Origin: Octopus bimaculoides
Taxonomy: Eukaryota
NCBI RefSeq assembly: GCF_001194135.2
Contig: NC_069004.1
Coordinates: forward strand, 9,356,890 to 9,420,889
Reading direction: 5' to 3'
Length of the DNA stretch: 64,000 nucleotides
Shown: positions 39,298-51,988 of the stretch, piece after piece
Layout: each line of letters begins with the position of its first letter
Position numbering within the stretch: the stretch's first letter is position 1
The notes under the pieces: model-generated
The model's database searches: none
The model's input: the letters and a program-made list of their open reading frames with translations, nothing else
What the model was told of the DNA's origin: nothing
Program-made: the position numbers and the translations under genes

Positions 39298-40384
39298 CTT
39301 TCAAACAGTTAAGGAGTCCAAGACCGAAAAGAAATAGCAACCGGACACACGTGACCAGCGAGGGGTAGGGAGAAAGAGTAGCAGAGGTAGAAGAAGGGGA
39401 GGAAGTAAAATATAAGTTAGCAACGAGAGGTAGAGAGGGAATGGTCTGTGTATTACAGCATACGTAAGTGTTAAAGCATACCTACGCGTGAGGTCGCATG
39501 GCCCAGCGGTTAATGTGTTGCACTAACAATCATGAAATTGTGGTTTCAATTTCAGGACCAAGTGGAGTGTTGTGTTCTTGAGCAAAACACTTTGACACCC
39601 AGCATGTGGTACACTGTGCATCTGTTCAGGCAACGTCGATTTGATGGAGGAAGTGAGAGAATGTACTGCACATGCATTTGATGACTATAAATAAATCATT
39701 TATACAGCTTGTTTAGCAAAAAACTGCAGAACCATCTTTCTCAGATGAGAGCCTACGATCACATTACAGCTGAGTTCTACACAATTGTGTTAACTTTATT
39801 TCTATTTCTAACAAGAATACATTCTATTTTTTGTGCCAGGTAACCAGCAAACTTGAGTCAAGCAGAGTAATGTACCTTATACAATGTGTGTGTGTATACA
39901 GACGTCTCCATACCTTCTGCTTGTTTCAGTCACCAGACGGTAGCCCTGAAGGGTTTTAGTTGAACAAATCAGCCCCATAAAGTGACAGTATGATGTCAAC
40001 TTAATGTGACAGTCCCATATATGTTATGTGTGCATGTTTGCATTTTGCCAGTGCATGACAATCGTAAACAAATGTCACCGTCATACAACCAGTCATTTGT
40101 TTCCAATCTTCCATGAAAATATGTCAGGCCATAAGAAAAATTTACCTTGCTTGGAAACTGGTGAGGGTTAGCAACAGGAAGGGCACCCAACTATAGAAAT
40201 CTGGTTTATGTAAGTATAGGAAAGAGGACATTAAAATGATGCTGAGAATCATGTTTGGAGGATGTGGAAATGGTAAATGGCTGAAAGTAACAAAAGAATT
40301 TATTAGAAAAAAGGATACATGTAACTGGGTTCAAATTGTTGCTACCGGCAGCAGAAGCTGCAGGGATCAGGTTTGCTATGTTAC

Positions 40385-40443
40385 CTGGGACAGAAGTATT
40401 GGCTCCTGACTGAATGGGTTCCGGTTCTGATAGTTCAATTCCC
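40385..40443 (-). CDS. CCDC43: CCDC43 exon 4 (59 nt)
   Basis: Preceded by the U12 branch site TTTCCTTGAC and tatccctcag|. Reads (Q)GIELSEPEPIQSGANTSVP. Donor CCAG|GTAACA. Phases 2 in and 1 out join exons 3 and 5 in frame. Confidence 0.88.
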
Positions 40444-40490
40444 CTGAGGGATAGTCAAGGAAACAATTAAAAAAAAAACGAAAAAAAAAA

Positions 40491-40532
<42 letters not shown>

Positions 40533-41159
40533 TGCACATATATATATATATGCATGTATGCACATACAACAAGGAAAGAAAAGAGTCATAAAAAAAAAAT
40601 TCAAAAACAAGTGGGGATATTAACATTTGTTTTTTTTTTGTTTAAATAACTATTTTTAACATAAGCAGAAGAAACTGGTTCCTTATTTTACCAAGCAAAG
40701 AAGGATGAAAAGCAGAGCTGACCTTAACCTGGATTGAACCATTCATCTAACAAACTGTAGGAAAACGCCTGCCTGTTCGTCCATCCATCCTTTCTTTCCT
40801 TCCTCACCACTCACTATTCCTAGGAGGGCCACAGAGGTAGAATGCTCAGGTATCTCTGCACAAAAGCCCCATCAGAAGCAACTGCCATGGCACTTTCCTG
40901 CTGGATTTCCAAACATGACTGACACTATGGATATTATCCAACCGCATTGCTTTTGGTTCACCCCAAGGTCTCCTGCTGGTTGGCCCTGGTTTGAAGAATC
41001 TGTTTTGCAATCCTTTCCTGCAGCATTCTAACCCCATATCTGTAATATTGTGGCATCCATTGTTCAAATTAGCAAATATTGGTAGCTCGATACATTTCTA
41101 AATAAATATATATATATATATATATCATTTAACGTCCGCTTTCCATGCTAGCATGGGTT

Positions 41160-41195
<36 letters not shown>

Positions 41196-41633
41196 GTATG
41201 TATGTGTGTATTCTTTTACTTGTTTCAGTCAGAATTGAAATATGAATGGGTTGGCTATGTATGCAATTCTGTCTTACATGCAGGTCATAGGTGGAGAAAA
41301 CTGGGATGAATAAACTACAGTAACAACAAAAGCAATTCTGAACACTTGTCTGAGATTAGCGAACAGAAAGGTAGCAGCGTGCTTATGTATGGTGAGTCAT
41401 CTAACCATCAAATATCGACTTCAGTCAAATATGAATTGCTTCCCTTGATCATTTGTTTTTTTTTCTATTCGATTCGTATGTGTGCGAGTGTGTAAACACA
41501 CATACACAAACAAACACATACTCACACATCCATACACACATCATGACCCTCTTAATACAAATATCTCCACTACCACACACTCACTCAGACACACACACAC
41601 AAAAAAGCCTCTAATACCAATTACTAAGGATAC
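40444..41633 (-). other. CCDC43: U12-type (minor spliceosome) GT-AG intron, CCDC43 intron 3
   Basis: 5' site GTATCCTT (41633-41626) matches RTATCCTT. Branch site TTTCCTTGAC (40463-40454) lies 10 nt before the 3' splice junction, with no long polypyrimidine tract. Confidence 0.9.
40800..41045 (-). mobile_element. 3' end of an RTE-like LINE, in CCDC43 intron 3
   Basis: Frameshifted minus-strand translation RMLQERIAKQILQ..., RRPWGEPKAMRLDNI..., ...AVASDGAFVQRYLSILPL resembles RTE C-termini (RMxxERxxKQxL...RPxGRPRxRWLD). Confidence 0.6.
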
Positions 41634-41799
41634 TGGTCAGCTTCATCACAGACTGTAGAGTACTGCACCAATATGGCACGTTTCTGGGCCAATTCCTCTT
41701 CACTGAGTTGTTTGGCTTTCTTCTCAGTACAACTGGTCACAACATGTGTATTAGTGAGCATTTTGGACAGCCGTTCATCCAGGGGTGTCTTGTTGGGTT
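41634..41799 (-). CDS. CCDC43: CCDC43 exon 3 (166 nt)
   Basis: Acceptor gtatctttcag|AA (phase 1). EPNKTPLDERLSKMLTNTHVVTSCTEKKAKQLSEEELAQKRAILVQYSTVCDEAD resembles SEEEKQRKAALLAQYADV. Ends at a phase-2 U12-type donor CA|GTATCCTTAG. Confidence 0.92.
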
Positions 41800-42534
41800 C
41801 TGAAAGATACATAATGCACATGTATAGAGAGAGAAACAAGCTAACAGGAGGAATGAGAATAGAGAAATAGATAGATCAATATGGTAATAGTGGGGTACAT
41901 GGATGAGGTACTGGTGGGGTACATTGGTATAGAGAAATCAGTCAGTGATGTACCAGTAGGGTACATCATCATCATTTAATGTCCCTTTATCCACGACAGC
42001 ATAGGTCAGATAGAATACATTGAGACAGATTTTCTAGGGCCAGATGTCCTTCCTATTGCCAAACCTCAGCCATTTCCAAGCAAGATAATATTTCCCTATG
42101 ACCAGACATGTTTTGCACAAAGGATTGGAGATGAACAACAACCTTGTTTGTACGAGAACGATGCTTATTTATAACCATCATGAGATGTCTAGACAAGGCT
42201 ACACATGCACACAAAACTGAAAAAGCCCACAGTATATATATATATATAATTAAGGCTATAGAAGAGACAATATGGTCTCTTCTATGCCCTTAATTATAAT
42301 TGTATTTTATACTATCCTAAATCTCTATGCAGATGCTACTTTTGTGGTAGAAAAGGTTAAAAGAGGTGAGACTATATCTTTGGATGAGGAGTAGGAATGT
42401 GTTAACGAGTGACTTTTAAGGCAATTAATACGGTGGTCTTTCTTTGGATGTGACTTACGATGTTGGGACGAAATTGTAGAAGGGGGACAACTTAGTTTCA
42501 CGTGAAACCCGTATACATATTACACACATATATA

Positions 42535-43280
42535 TTGTGTTGAGCCAAATGATTTTGCAATATTTGGTAACTTATTTGTATAATTCGTCGAGTTACAAAC
42601 AAAAGCAGCCTCACATTTAAAGCAGAGGCCATCGTGTTGCACCGCCTGAAGCCACCTTTCTTTGATCCCACGTTGATACCAGTTCTTGTCTCCCGAGGTG
42701 AAGAACTCCTTCACTGAATCTTCCACCTTTTTCTTTTTGTTGGTGAAGTGTTACAGGCGCAGGAAATAAACCATGGATTGAAACAAGTAATAATCCGAGA
42801 GAAATAAGTTCAGACTATATGCTGGGTGTGACATCAGTTCAATTCCCTCAAGCTCCTGCAGTTTATTCTGGGCAATTATGCAGTATGGGGTCGTGCTGCA
42901 GAAGAGCTCCCTTTCTTATTTCTTTATTGTCCACAAGGGGCTTAAACATAGAGGGGACAAACAAGGACAGACAAAGGGATTAAGTCGATTACACCGACCC
43001 CAGTGCGTAACTGGTACTTAATTTATCNNNNNNNNNNCCGACCCCAGTGCGTAACTGGTACTTAATTTATCGACTCCGAAAGGATGAAAGGCAAAGTTGA
43101 CCTCAGCGGAATTTGAACTCAGAACGTAATGGCGGACGAAATACCGCTCAGCATTTCGCCTGGTGTGCTAATGCTTCTGCCAGCTCGCCGCCTTTGAAAG
43201 TGAGAAGAGCTCACTTTCTATTAACCAATGTCAGGTATTTTTGTCATACAATGGCATACATTGACTCTAGCTGTAAGGAG
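42535..43280 (-). mobile_element. Decayed mariner transposon (C-terminal half and one TIR) in CCDC43 intron 2, interrupted by a SINE
   Basis: Minus-strand fragments LQLESMYAIV*QKYLTLVNRK*ALL, LLQHD, KLQELEGIELMSHPAYS...SDYYLFQSM and VEDSVKEFFTSGDKNWYQRGIKERWLQAVQHDG. The end TTGTGTTGAGCCAAATG follows a TA. Confidence 0.85.
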
Positions 43281-43479
43281 TAACAAGCTGGCATCAATAG
43301 CTCAACCATCGAAATGAACTCATAGTGAATTATCCCCTCAAAATTTCCACCAGATGCAGAGCATCACCTTGTGTTTGAAATGCCCAGGTTTAGAGACAAG
43401 TTCCTGAAGCTGGTACTTGCTTAACCACTGTTTATGCACGTTAGGAAAGCAGAAAAATATTTTCCTTGGATATTACTTG

Positions 43480-43590
43480 CTCTGATCTATGGCTCCTGTC
43501 ACTTCAACCAAGAGAAGGGGAAAGCTTCAGTGAAGGAGTCCTTCGCCTTCAAGGGCAAAAACTGGTATCAGTGTGGGATCGAAGAAGCAC
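43480..43590 (+). mobile_element. Second mariner transposase fragment, same family, opposite strand
   Basis: ASVKESFAFKGKNWYQCGIEE parallels SVKEFFTSGDKNWYQRGIKE of the neighbouring copy. Confidence 0.65.
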
Positions 43591-43715
43591 ACAACAGCAA
43601 GGGGGTGGGTATTAAAATTGGCAACAGATTAAGTCTAACACTTTTGGTGCTTACCTGGAAAAAAATTTAGCTTTTAATAAGAAAATGGAAAAAAAAAATC
43701 CTGAAAGTTGCTTAC

Positions 43716-43800
43716 CCTTTTTGTTTTCTTTGGAATCTACATTACACATCTCATCCCATTTCTTTATCACTTCATCACAGATTTCTTCTTTAGAGTCTTC
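43716..43800 (-). CDS. CCDC43: CCDC43 exon 2 (85 nt)
   Basis: Acceptor tttgtttgtttcaatttcag|GAA. EDSKEEICDEVIKKWDEMCNVDSKENKK resembles EDSLLNICKEIVERW of vertebrate CCDC43. Phase-1 donor G|GTAAGC. Confidence 0.92.
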
Positions 43801-46086
43801 CTGAAATTGAAACAAACAAACTGGTTTAAGAACAACAATGAAATGGAAATGTTCTGTGATTGTTAAACGGATCTGTCAATGGACTGACTCCAAGACTATT
43901 CCTTCTCCAAGCTATTGCAAAAGTATAATGCCTCTGGTCACATGTGATACACAGACAGGACCCTCCTACACCAACAAAGCAGAATCTACAGACATACAGA
44001 AGCAGAGACAGACTCATAGCTAGATGAATGTATCACCATTATGTCATCTATTCTTCAGACATTGCTACATAACCACTCCAATGCTGTTTAAATCTCCTAA
44101 AAAAATCTCAACTGGCAAAAATGAACTGTACCTGTATTTCAAAGGGTTGGCCTTGTCACATTCTATGTCATGCTGAATCTCCCCAAGAACTACATTAAGG
44201 GTATGTGTGTTTGTGGATTGTTCAGCCACTTGCGTGTTAATTTCACAAGCTGGCTGTTCCATTGATCAGATCAACTGGAACACTAGTCGTCATAACCAAT
44301 AGAGTACCAGTTCATGCTGCACTACATTCACCTCATTAGTGCATGTCAGAGTGTGACACAGTGTAAATGAGAAAAATGTTGCTTGGCTGACTACCTGCAT
44401 ACCATAGGGCTGCTCAACCAATGCTGAGCTGGTGGAAGGTACATCCTAAAAATAGTCTACAATTATGGTCCAGACAAACATAAAACTGACACAAACAACA
44501 GCATCAATAAGAACTACAGCTATTATATCCTCATTGTATCTATCTTGCTAGTCTTAGCTGTGGCCATCGTCTAATGCACCATTGCATGTCAGGGTGTCCA
44601 ATATGGTTCTTACCTAGGCTTGTGGCGTGGTATATTTGAACTGAGAAATTTGTTGTCCATGCAAAGTTGTTCAGTTAACTTTACCTCTTTCCAGTAGATC
44701 TACACATTTTCAAACACTATAGTTTATCTTGTTATCAAAGACTGACGTTACACAAATAACAACAGGTAAACAGTGATAATAGACAGGCAGAGTGGAGAAA
44801 TAACACCAGGCTTCCATCACTGCACACGTTATATGGAATACTGGATGCAGAATGTACTCTTGTGTTGAGCGTTATAAACAGGAGAAAAGCCATAAGAAAC
44901 GGTGCCATTGTGGTAACATTTCATTTTTACTTCAACCAACTACCGAGTTTCAAAGTGTCACCTTGGGGTACTTACTCTAGTCCTACGAAGATTTGAACCA
45001 GGTAACTACGGGTAAACGAAACATTTAGTCAATTATTTAATGTCTCCTCTATTTCAGTGAAGTACACCGACCTATGATATATTCTATTTGAACATGGTAT
45101 GGATCCGAAGAGTGAGCGACCAGCTGAAGAAAACATACAGACAATTGCATATCTTCGAAGCTCATAACTCTATCACCATATGGTACGGATTTATTTCCGG
45201 TCATGTGAAGATATAAATACAACTCCGCGAGATAACAACACCTTGGACAGTTTGTATATTATCGTTATCGTCAATGATTTCCACCTATCTAATCAAAAAG
45301 TCGGTGACTTTTGTCATGAAAGAAAAACATTGGTTAAATATTTTGTTTATGTTTGGGGAAGGTGTTTCACGCTTGAGTCCTGAGTAAAAGACTACACTCG
45401 ATTGGTTCTTCAACGCTACATTCTCACTCACTGCCTCCCCTAACCCACTTCGTTTTCACCTGAGAATCATATAAGTAAACACGAGGATAGCAAGAGAGAT
45501 TCTTTATGGTTGCTCGACTTGCTAAAAATAGCAGCCAAATCGACTACCCCTCCTTACTCAAATTACATCCCATCGTCTTAAAAAAAGGTGGGGGCACATT
45601 GGATAATATGGTCTTAAAACAATGGATAGTCTCAGCTGCAAGCCTTCGATCCGAGCTCACCTGAGGGCTAAACAAAAATTAACAAGACCGTTTAATTAAA
45701 CAGAGAAAAGAAAAGAGATAAAGAGAGTCTGAAGGACCAAGAATTTGTGTGGATTTGAAAAAGAATAAACTGATAATTTGACAAAAATAAGGCGATGAGG
45801 GTTTGTTTCGAAGTCTCTCAGAAAAATAGCATTCCGTCCAGTAAGACGGAATGCCTTTTCTTGCTATCTCATATAAAGAATAGAATCGTACAAGAATGGA
45901 AGATAACCAAATTAGCAAAGAATTTTAAGGTAAGATTTAAAGAGAGAAACCTACACAGAATAAAACAATGTTTTCTTTTACTAAAATGCGTCATAAGCAT
46001 TAGGGTAAATACAATTTAAGAGCGTATATTTATGTATATATGTGTGTGTGTGCGTATAATGTAATATGAATAAGATAAGTTGTATG

Positions 46087-46175
<89 letters not shown>

Positions 46176-46420
46176 AATATGTTACGTTGTTTAGCCTTAA
46201 CATAGACCTATGTACAAAGGTGTTCCAGTAGTGACCATCCGTCTTAGAGTGTAATTCCACTGTCCGATTGTATTCTTTTTTTTAAGACAAAAAGGAGTGA
46301 TTTGAGGGCGGTTTAGTAGCTATTTCTGTTAGGTTGTGCGACCAAGAAGGGGAAAGTTCTTGGCTTATACCTACGTGATGATATATTATAAGATGTGTAT
46401 CTGTGTGTGAAATACCGTAC

Positions 46421-46606
46421 CGCTATTTCCCCGACGATGTCCAACAGGGAGTCCTTCTTCTCATCATATCCGCTGTACGACTCGAGGATGCCATTGATGT
46501 ACGTGACAAACACACCGGCATCAAGATCGTCATTTAATTGCAGCAGTCTCGTCTCCAGCCATCGTGTAAAGCCATCAGAGTCATTACACATGGATACAGC
46601 CGCCAT
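46421..46606 (-). CDS. CCDC43: CCDC43 exon 1 (62 codons)
   Basis: ATG at 46606 (ttcagcATGG). MAAVSMCNDSDGFTRWLETRLLQLNDDLDAGVFVTYINGILESYSGYDEKKDSLLDIVGEIA resembles the CCDC43 N-terminus (FxxWLxxRL...vyxxYIxGIL). Phase-0 donor GCG|GTACGG. Confidence 0.92.
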
Positions 46607-46630
46607 GCTGAACTCTTGCCACCGGAAGTT
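46600..46630 (-). promoter_or_regulatory. Putative CCDC43 core promoter: ETS-type and YY1-like motifs
   Basis: CCGGAAGT at 46622-46629 (ACTTCCGG on the minus strand), 16 nt upstream of the ATG. GCCGCCATG at the start codon resembles the YY1 motif. Both are typical of housekeeping TSSs. Motif evidence only. Confidence 0.45.
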
Positions 46631-49600
46631 GCTCTCACGCACTCGCACTTACACTCACAGGTACAGACACATGCATAGTTACACTCACACAATCAGTCAC
46701 CTAAATTCACACACACACACACATATTTATTTACACTCTGATACAAACATACATTAACAACTTTACAGTCACACTCATTTAAACTAACATATGCACATAC
46801 ACATGTACGGTCACACTCACACAGGCAGTCGCTTACACTCACGCACACATCTATTTAAAACTCTTGCACAGAAACACGTACAACTACACATTTACGGTTA
46901 CACATACACACACAAAGAAACGAACATAGGACCACGCACATATTTACACTCTCGTAGAAACGCGTAAAATGACACCTACATAGTCACACTTACACTCAGA
47001 AATACTCAAACACACACATAGTTACATACACTTTCACACAGAAATACATACGTTGACACATTTATAGTTACACACACTTACAGAAATACTGTCTCATAGT
47101 TACACATTAACAAATTCATGGGTGTTTTGCATATACCTATACATAGATACAGATATGTCCATATAAGACGGGACATACAAGGTGAATTCTTATATATACA
47201 TACACAAGAATTTATTTTTAGCTCTTATGATTTCGTTTCGGCACCTCATTCCAGGGTTTGTTTTCATTATACCTTTACTAATTTGGAAATGACAAGCAAC
47301 GGATGGCCGCTGTGCTTGAAATAGTTGCAAAATATTCCTCAAGTCACAAAGTCTCAATACAAGAAGTTTATTACATTTAACAATGTAATTCTGAATATAC
47401 AGAAAGGGTGCGATGGTCGTCATTTGAATATCTTTGATCAGAGTTGACAAAAAGGAACAACAGCTAGACAAACTTCTGATAACTTCGATTCGTCAATATT
47501 CAGGTTCGATTCGCAGCAGAAGCTACTTCGTTTTAGTTACTCACCTTATGTTCTTGAGAAAGGCATGAATATTAATTTTATCCTTATTTTATTCCTCTCT
47601 GAAATATTAACATTGTGGATAAAAAAAAAAAAATGACTAATTTTATTGTAATTAAAGAAAGTGTTTTTATTTTCCTAAATATTGAGAAGAGGGAGAGGAC
47701 TAGAGTTCGGAGCGATGAGCTTTGTCTTTCATCAGATTGCGGCCATGCTGGGGCACCGCCTTAAAGAAGTTTTAGTCGAATGAATCGACCCTAGTACTTT
47801 TTTTTTTAAGCTTGGAACTTATTCTATTTGTTTCTTTTGCCGAACTGCCAAGTTACGAAGACAAACACATCAACACCAGTTGTCAAGCGGTGATGGGACA
47901 CACACACACACACACACACATAAATATACGGCGGGCTTCTTTCAGTTTATGTCCACCAAATCCACTCACAAGGCTTTGGTCGACCTGATGCCATAATAGA
48001 AGACACTTGCCTGCAGTGCGACTGAGTCCGGATCTATGTGGTTGGGATGGAAACTTCTTACCACATAGTCACATGCTGATATGGATGTCTGCAGGAGAAA
48101 TTGGATGAAAGGAACCTCTACATGGTCACTTAACCTGCTAAAATCTGCCTCAAATTACACCTGCCATCTTTAAACAAAAGTCACACAGCGCCCGAAAGAA
48201 ACAAACAAATTACACTCATACAGAGAAAGAGCAGGTTGAGCTATCCACGCTGAGGCCCCTTCATTAGCTCACAGAATTCAGGGCTACAGTTCGCAACATT
48301 CTTTCGTTTCAGTCAATGGACTGCGGCTATGCGGGGGCACCGCCTTGGGAGTATAGTCGAATAAATCGACCCCAGTAATGTTTTGAGTTTGTTGCTTCTT
48401 TAACCGGTCTCTATCGCCGAACTGCTAATTCGAGGGGCATAAAAAAACTAACACCAGTTGTCAAGTGGAAAGTGGGGACAAACACACGCATAGAAGGATC
48501 AGTTAATTATGATTTTATTCAGCCTATTTCCCTCTCAGATTCACACACTTATTGCAGCGGTCAGTCAGTTTTTCTGATCCCTGTAAAAGAACTCGGAAAG
48601 TTGAGCCTCCAACCAAGCCTTTCGCGGTACCCTTAAAGCCAGAAACTTTTCAACACTTATCGTATACGTATACACGAAATGCTTCCACACAGTTTCCGTC
48701 TGCCAAATCCACTCGTGTGGCTTTGGTCTCTTCTGGGCTATAGTAGAAGTGAGACTGCAACCGAAACCATGCGGTTGCTAAGCGAGCTTCTTCTGGTTGT
48801 TTTTGTATTTACGCAACTACATTGTCGAATGTGTTCTTCGGCAGAATTCTAGTTTTAGCACCCCATATAACCACCTCATAACTTGGGGGGGGGGGGGTGA
48901 TTTTCAGAAAATTTTTGCGAATTTGTGTTCGACATATTGGTCGGTCCGGAGCCATAGTTTCAGTCATCATACTGCCGCCATAACTTAATTACAGAGGCTT
49001 TCCCTCTGTGTGTTGTGTATCAAACCGTATCATATTTGCCCATTATGACGGAATCGATGAACGTAGCTTGAAGTTAAGTTTCTTCTCAAAGAACAAAAAT
49101 AAATTAAAGGAGACAATAAGACTTCGTTTTTAAAAAATTTAGACCTGGGTTTGCACTCCTTAAGCATATTTCGTTTCTGAGCCAGAGCGAATAGCATTTA
49201 AATCCTTCCCTAATAGCAGACGTTTCTACATTAAAATGAATAGTGTGTATGCAACTAACGCAGTTACCTCCCTTACACCGCACTACCTCATGGTCGAACA
49301 ATGAATGTGAAACCATCGTAATTATTTCTTCGGATAATTTCAGAAAAAAGAAACCAATATCTTAATTGTCATAGGTAATTATTTAAATTAATTATGTACA
49401 CAACTGGTTGACAGACTCTGTGTGTATGCATATATATACATATATATATACACACACACACGTCTTATGTTGAGCCCGTTCTTGTAACAAAGTCAATATC
49501 TAACAGTGTATGTGTATTTAAATATATAATATGAATCTACCTCAGCTATATCATGTACATGTAGTCTGTTAGGAATGCTTGAAAGGGATATTTCTTTTAG

Positions 49601-51988
49601 AGGTAAGGATCTGTGAGAATTAGGAGATTAGTAATGTATCTGGGTTGTTTGAAGGTGATTGTAAACACGTGTAAATGCATAAGCGATTGTTTTGAAGGTG
49701 AATTGACTGTTATTAGTAGCAGATCGTAGCGGTTTCCTCGATTGTCTGATATATTTCTCCGTCTTCCTTGGAAGGACGACAAGCACTTATTTATCCACCG
49801 GTCAGCTCTGATCAAGCAGTGGTATTCCAGTCACAGCTGTCCCATTTTTCTCAGCCTATATATTGAACATGTAATTTTTTTTAAAGACACTAAGAGGTGG
49901 TTTGAGATAGACATAGCTGCATATTTTGCCAATCAGTTTGACTAGATCCTTAATATTCAGTCAAATCAAACGATTAATTAAGTCCCTCGCTTGTTTTGAG
50001 AGAAATTCCAAGAGCGTCGGACAATATTCTTAATTATATCTCGGCTTCCTTCTACTTTTGTGTACTTGTTAAATTTCTTGTATATTTCTTATTTCTCTGC
50101 CATTCGTTTAACCCATGAATTTTAGTTTCTTTACGATGAATTATTTATGTTAATATTTAATGTTAAACAATATTTCATCCAAAACCCTTTTTAATTATAA
50201 TAGTAGTGGTTGAAGAAATCCTTTGTTTTTAGTCTTTTCTTGTTTGTGATACAATCATTCTAAATTAATAAAACTTCAAAATCAAATTAGGTTAACATGT
50301 TGTCGATTTCAATAGTTTAATAAAAGACAGATTGTGAAAATTGCCTTCCAGTTTCAAACATTGCCGTATTTGATGATATATAAGACTCACTATTGCCCAC
50401 CAAAATTCACTCCTGGTCCTATAGACAGTGTTAGGAATCCTATAAGCTAATTTTGTCCTGAATATATGCTGACGAAATTTTGGTTGGTCTAATATGCTCA
50501 TGCGTCTTTTATGCCATCAAATACGGTATATTTGTTTGGATTTTCGTTTAGCTCTTACATAATATAAATTTCCAACGTAAGCTCAAGGTCACACATTTCG
50601 TAAAAGGGAGCAACGGAGTGCAGGACTTGACTGATTCTTATTCTACCGACATCGTAAATATGAAAGACAAAGTCGATTCCAGTTCGATTTAAACATTGGG
50701 AAGGAATGTTGAAATTATCGAGTCAACCAATATTATGAATGACATCTCCACTCACACTAATCTTCAGTTTACACCGCCGGTGTAGACCGAATAACTGTAC
50801 TCTTGTTTTGATAAACATCCTTGGAGGCAAAAACATAAACTGTGTAGGAATTTACATGGAATAAAAATGGGAAATAATAATAGTCATTAATCTCTTAACA
50901 ACTCCGTCTGTTTCGTCTCAAATTAACCCTAAATAAACAGATCTTAGGATCGAATGGTACAGATTTGATTATGGAGTTAAAGAATTCGCTTCGAACTGCA
51001 CGGTTCCGCGTTCAATCCTTCTGTGCGGTACCAAGGGTGTTTTCTGCCATAACTTCGGGTTGATTAGTACCTTCTGGGAAGAATGTGGTAGTCAGGAACT
51101 ATGGTACCTCATCATGTCGTGTACTTTATGTATGCATATATCATTTGCTGATGTATGTCGGCGAAAGATGTTGACACCAGCAAGATAAACCGGTGTTTTG
51201 GAAACCATGTCCCGCCGTAACGAAAACAAAAACATGTCTAGCGGCGACTATCTCGTTTATTCAATTTCATTACTACTGGAATTACACATCCAATAAGTAC
51301 GTCCCTTTTTAAGATGGTAGAGTATGATGTGAAGGAGATTTAGCTGCTAAGAATCTCCTTTGCTAGCTCGATTTAGCTATGCCCACAAGTAGGTATAATT
51401 CATAGTTCACCATTGTGAGCTGTGACATTATAAAGGTGAAGCGAATTCATTATCTTGCAGAGTTGAGCTCAAATTCCTTTGATAGGAAAATTCGTATGTC
51501 TTCCACAGAAGACTTGGAAATGAATGACATCACTTGTATGCTGATGACACTCGCTTACAACTATTATGTGATGACAAGACAACACACACACACACACACG
51601 CACATACACACATGCACACACTCACACACATTCAATAGGTTTCTTTTAGTTTCTGTCTTTAATATCTACTTGCAAGTGGATTAGTTGGCCCAGGGCTAGA
51701 GTTGAAGACATTTACCCAAGGTGCTGCACAGTGGGACCGAACCTGAAACCACATGGTTGAGAAGCAAACATCTTAAACACACAGCTATGCCTATCGCCAC
51801 CACCACCTCCACCACCATCATCATCATCATCATCATCTTCATCATTTAACCTCCACCCTCCAATGTAGATGTAAAAGCAAAAGGTGATGATAGGAATATT
51901 TATTTTGATTTTGGTTTTATTTTTCAGTTCTGTGAGTCTGCGATATTCCATACCATTTTTTGGCAATGTGTGACGTTCAGTTGCTACA

